Shown in pieces: positions 17,324 through 18,417 of a stretch of 18,417 bases of DNA. The position numbers and the translations under genes were made by a program. Under the pieces are notes generated by a model that did not search any database, was not told the DNA's origin, and worked only from the letters and a program-made list of their open reading frames with translations. Location: positions 1 to 18,417 of the forward strand of contig JBHGNT010000651.1 of the NCBI GenBank assembly GCA_043228905.1, read 5' to 3'. This stretch comes from Azolla caroliniana. Taxonomy: Eukaryota; Plantae; Polypodiophyta. How positions within the stretch are numbered: the stretch's first letter is position 1; every line of letters starts with the position of its first letter.

Positions 17324-18417
17324 TTTTTTTTTTCCCAAAAGAAGAATATACTCCATTAGTTAAAATGACATACAATACACAACTTTAGACATTACCTACT
17401 TCCATATGGACTACATCACTTATTTATCTTACACTAAATAGCCCACATGTTTGTTCTCCATATTTGTCGTGTCATTCACGCCCCTCTATCATCTAATGGG
17501 AGGGGGGAACAACCATCGCGGTACTACGTACTGCCATCGTATCTCCACTCCAATTTTTGTAGCCATCGGTGTAGTACACCATCGTTTTCTGAATTTCAGC
17601 CTCATTAAATCTGAAGCATCATCTGTTCCATCAATCCGCTCATATAGGGCCCTCAATGTAGTTATTAGCATGTGCCATATTAGCTTAATTGATTTTGTTG
17701 GAGGCCGTTTGTTTGCTGAAAATACCCTGGTACATCTTGTGGTCCAAATGTTCCATATGATAATGGGTGCTAGCAACATCCATAGATCTACAATTTTCTG
17801 CTTCTGGGCATTACTTCTAGGTGCACTGTTACCAACGATCACTTGAATAGTTCCATTCTCCCCTCTATACATAGTTGTCCATGTGCTATCAAAATTTTCT
17901 ACGTCATCATCAAGACAATTCCAACAAGCATGTCCCCAATTGAGGGTAAATGAGCTAGAGGCATGGCAAAGCAATCGAAATGGCCTTCTCCATACTACCG
18001 TAGCCTCATGACATTCCCAAAGAAAATGGGAAATGCTTTCTAGTTGTCCACATGCACTACATCTTGGGTCTACATTGGGGCCTTTAGCCCATGCCCCTAC
18101 TGGCAAGGCTCTAAGCACAATAAGCCATAAGCACATCATTATCTTGCGGTCACCGTTGTCATGCCATATCATTTTCCAGAATTTAGCTAATCTCCTTTCA
18201 CTAATGCCCTCTTATATCCAAAATTTACGAGCTGCAATATCTTGGTGTTCTTGTTTTAGGATAATTTGCCTCCCAATTTTCGTGTTGTACCTGAAAAATT
18301 GCACCAACTTGGCACCATCACTTGAACCTTGAATTTTCCAAAAATACATCGCGGGGTCCAATGATAGCTGATTTGAATGCCCTTCTATTGGCCAACACAC
18401 TGTCGTTGGTTTGAGCT
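17324..18417 (-). mobile_element. L1-type LINE, 3' portion (ORF2 C-terminus, 3' UTR, poly-A); continues beyond the window
   Basis: ORF 18172-17489 has zf-RVT features; T10 at 17324-17333 is the minus-strand poly-A tail. An in-frame stop at 18212-18214 separates the two ORF pieces. Confidence 0.9.
17489..18400 (-). pseudogene. LINE ORF2 C-terminal region (zf-RVT CCHC domain), interrupted by one stop
   Basis: FWKMIW...KIMMCLWLIVLRALPV...CSACGQLESISHFLWEC..ATVVW...IIWNIWTTRCTRVF. Confidence 0.88.

Overview
Land-plant nuclear DNA: AT-rich, with spliceosomal introns, a tRNA-iMet-primed Copia element and CCCTAAA repeats. The species cannot be determined from the sequence. The main feature is a + strand lipid A pathway gene, lpxC (UDP-3-O-acyl-GlcNAc deacetylase), with six recognisable exons from 498 to ~10317. 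As written it is disrupted: three +1 G insertions, all after GC, break the frame, and the exon(s) for the conserved 'VPxxDGSA...GIDF' segment cannot be found. It is therefore either a young pseudogene or an intact gene with assembly errors. Its 7.2 kb intron (2294-9479) holds a decayed Ty1/Copia element with divergent LTRs, a deleted integrase core and a duplicated RNase H segment. That element appears to sit inside an older LINE RT remnant, and a 4-copy 158/165 bp tandem array follows it. Downstream are a 48 bp palindrome, two related non-autonomous pogo-like (Tc1/mariner) TIR elements, GA, GAA and telomere-type repeats, possible minus-strand exons of an unidentified gene, a tRNA-like SINE head, and the 3' end of an L1-type LINE. 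I found no convincing wholly new biological system. The best leads are the stereotyped lpxC lesions and a repeat plus (GTAAG)n block that could splice in frame onto lpxC.
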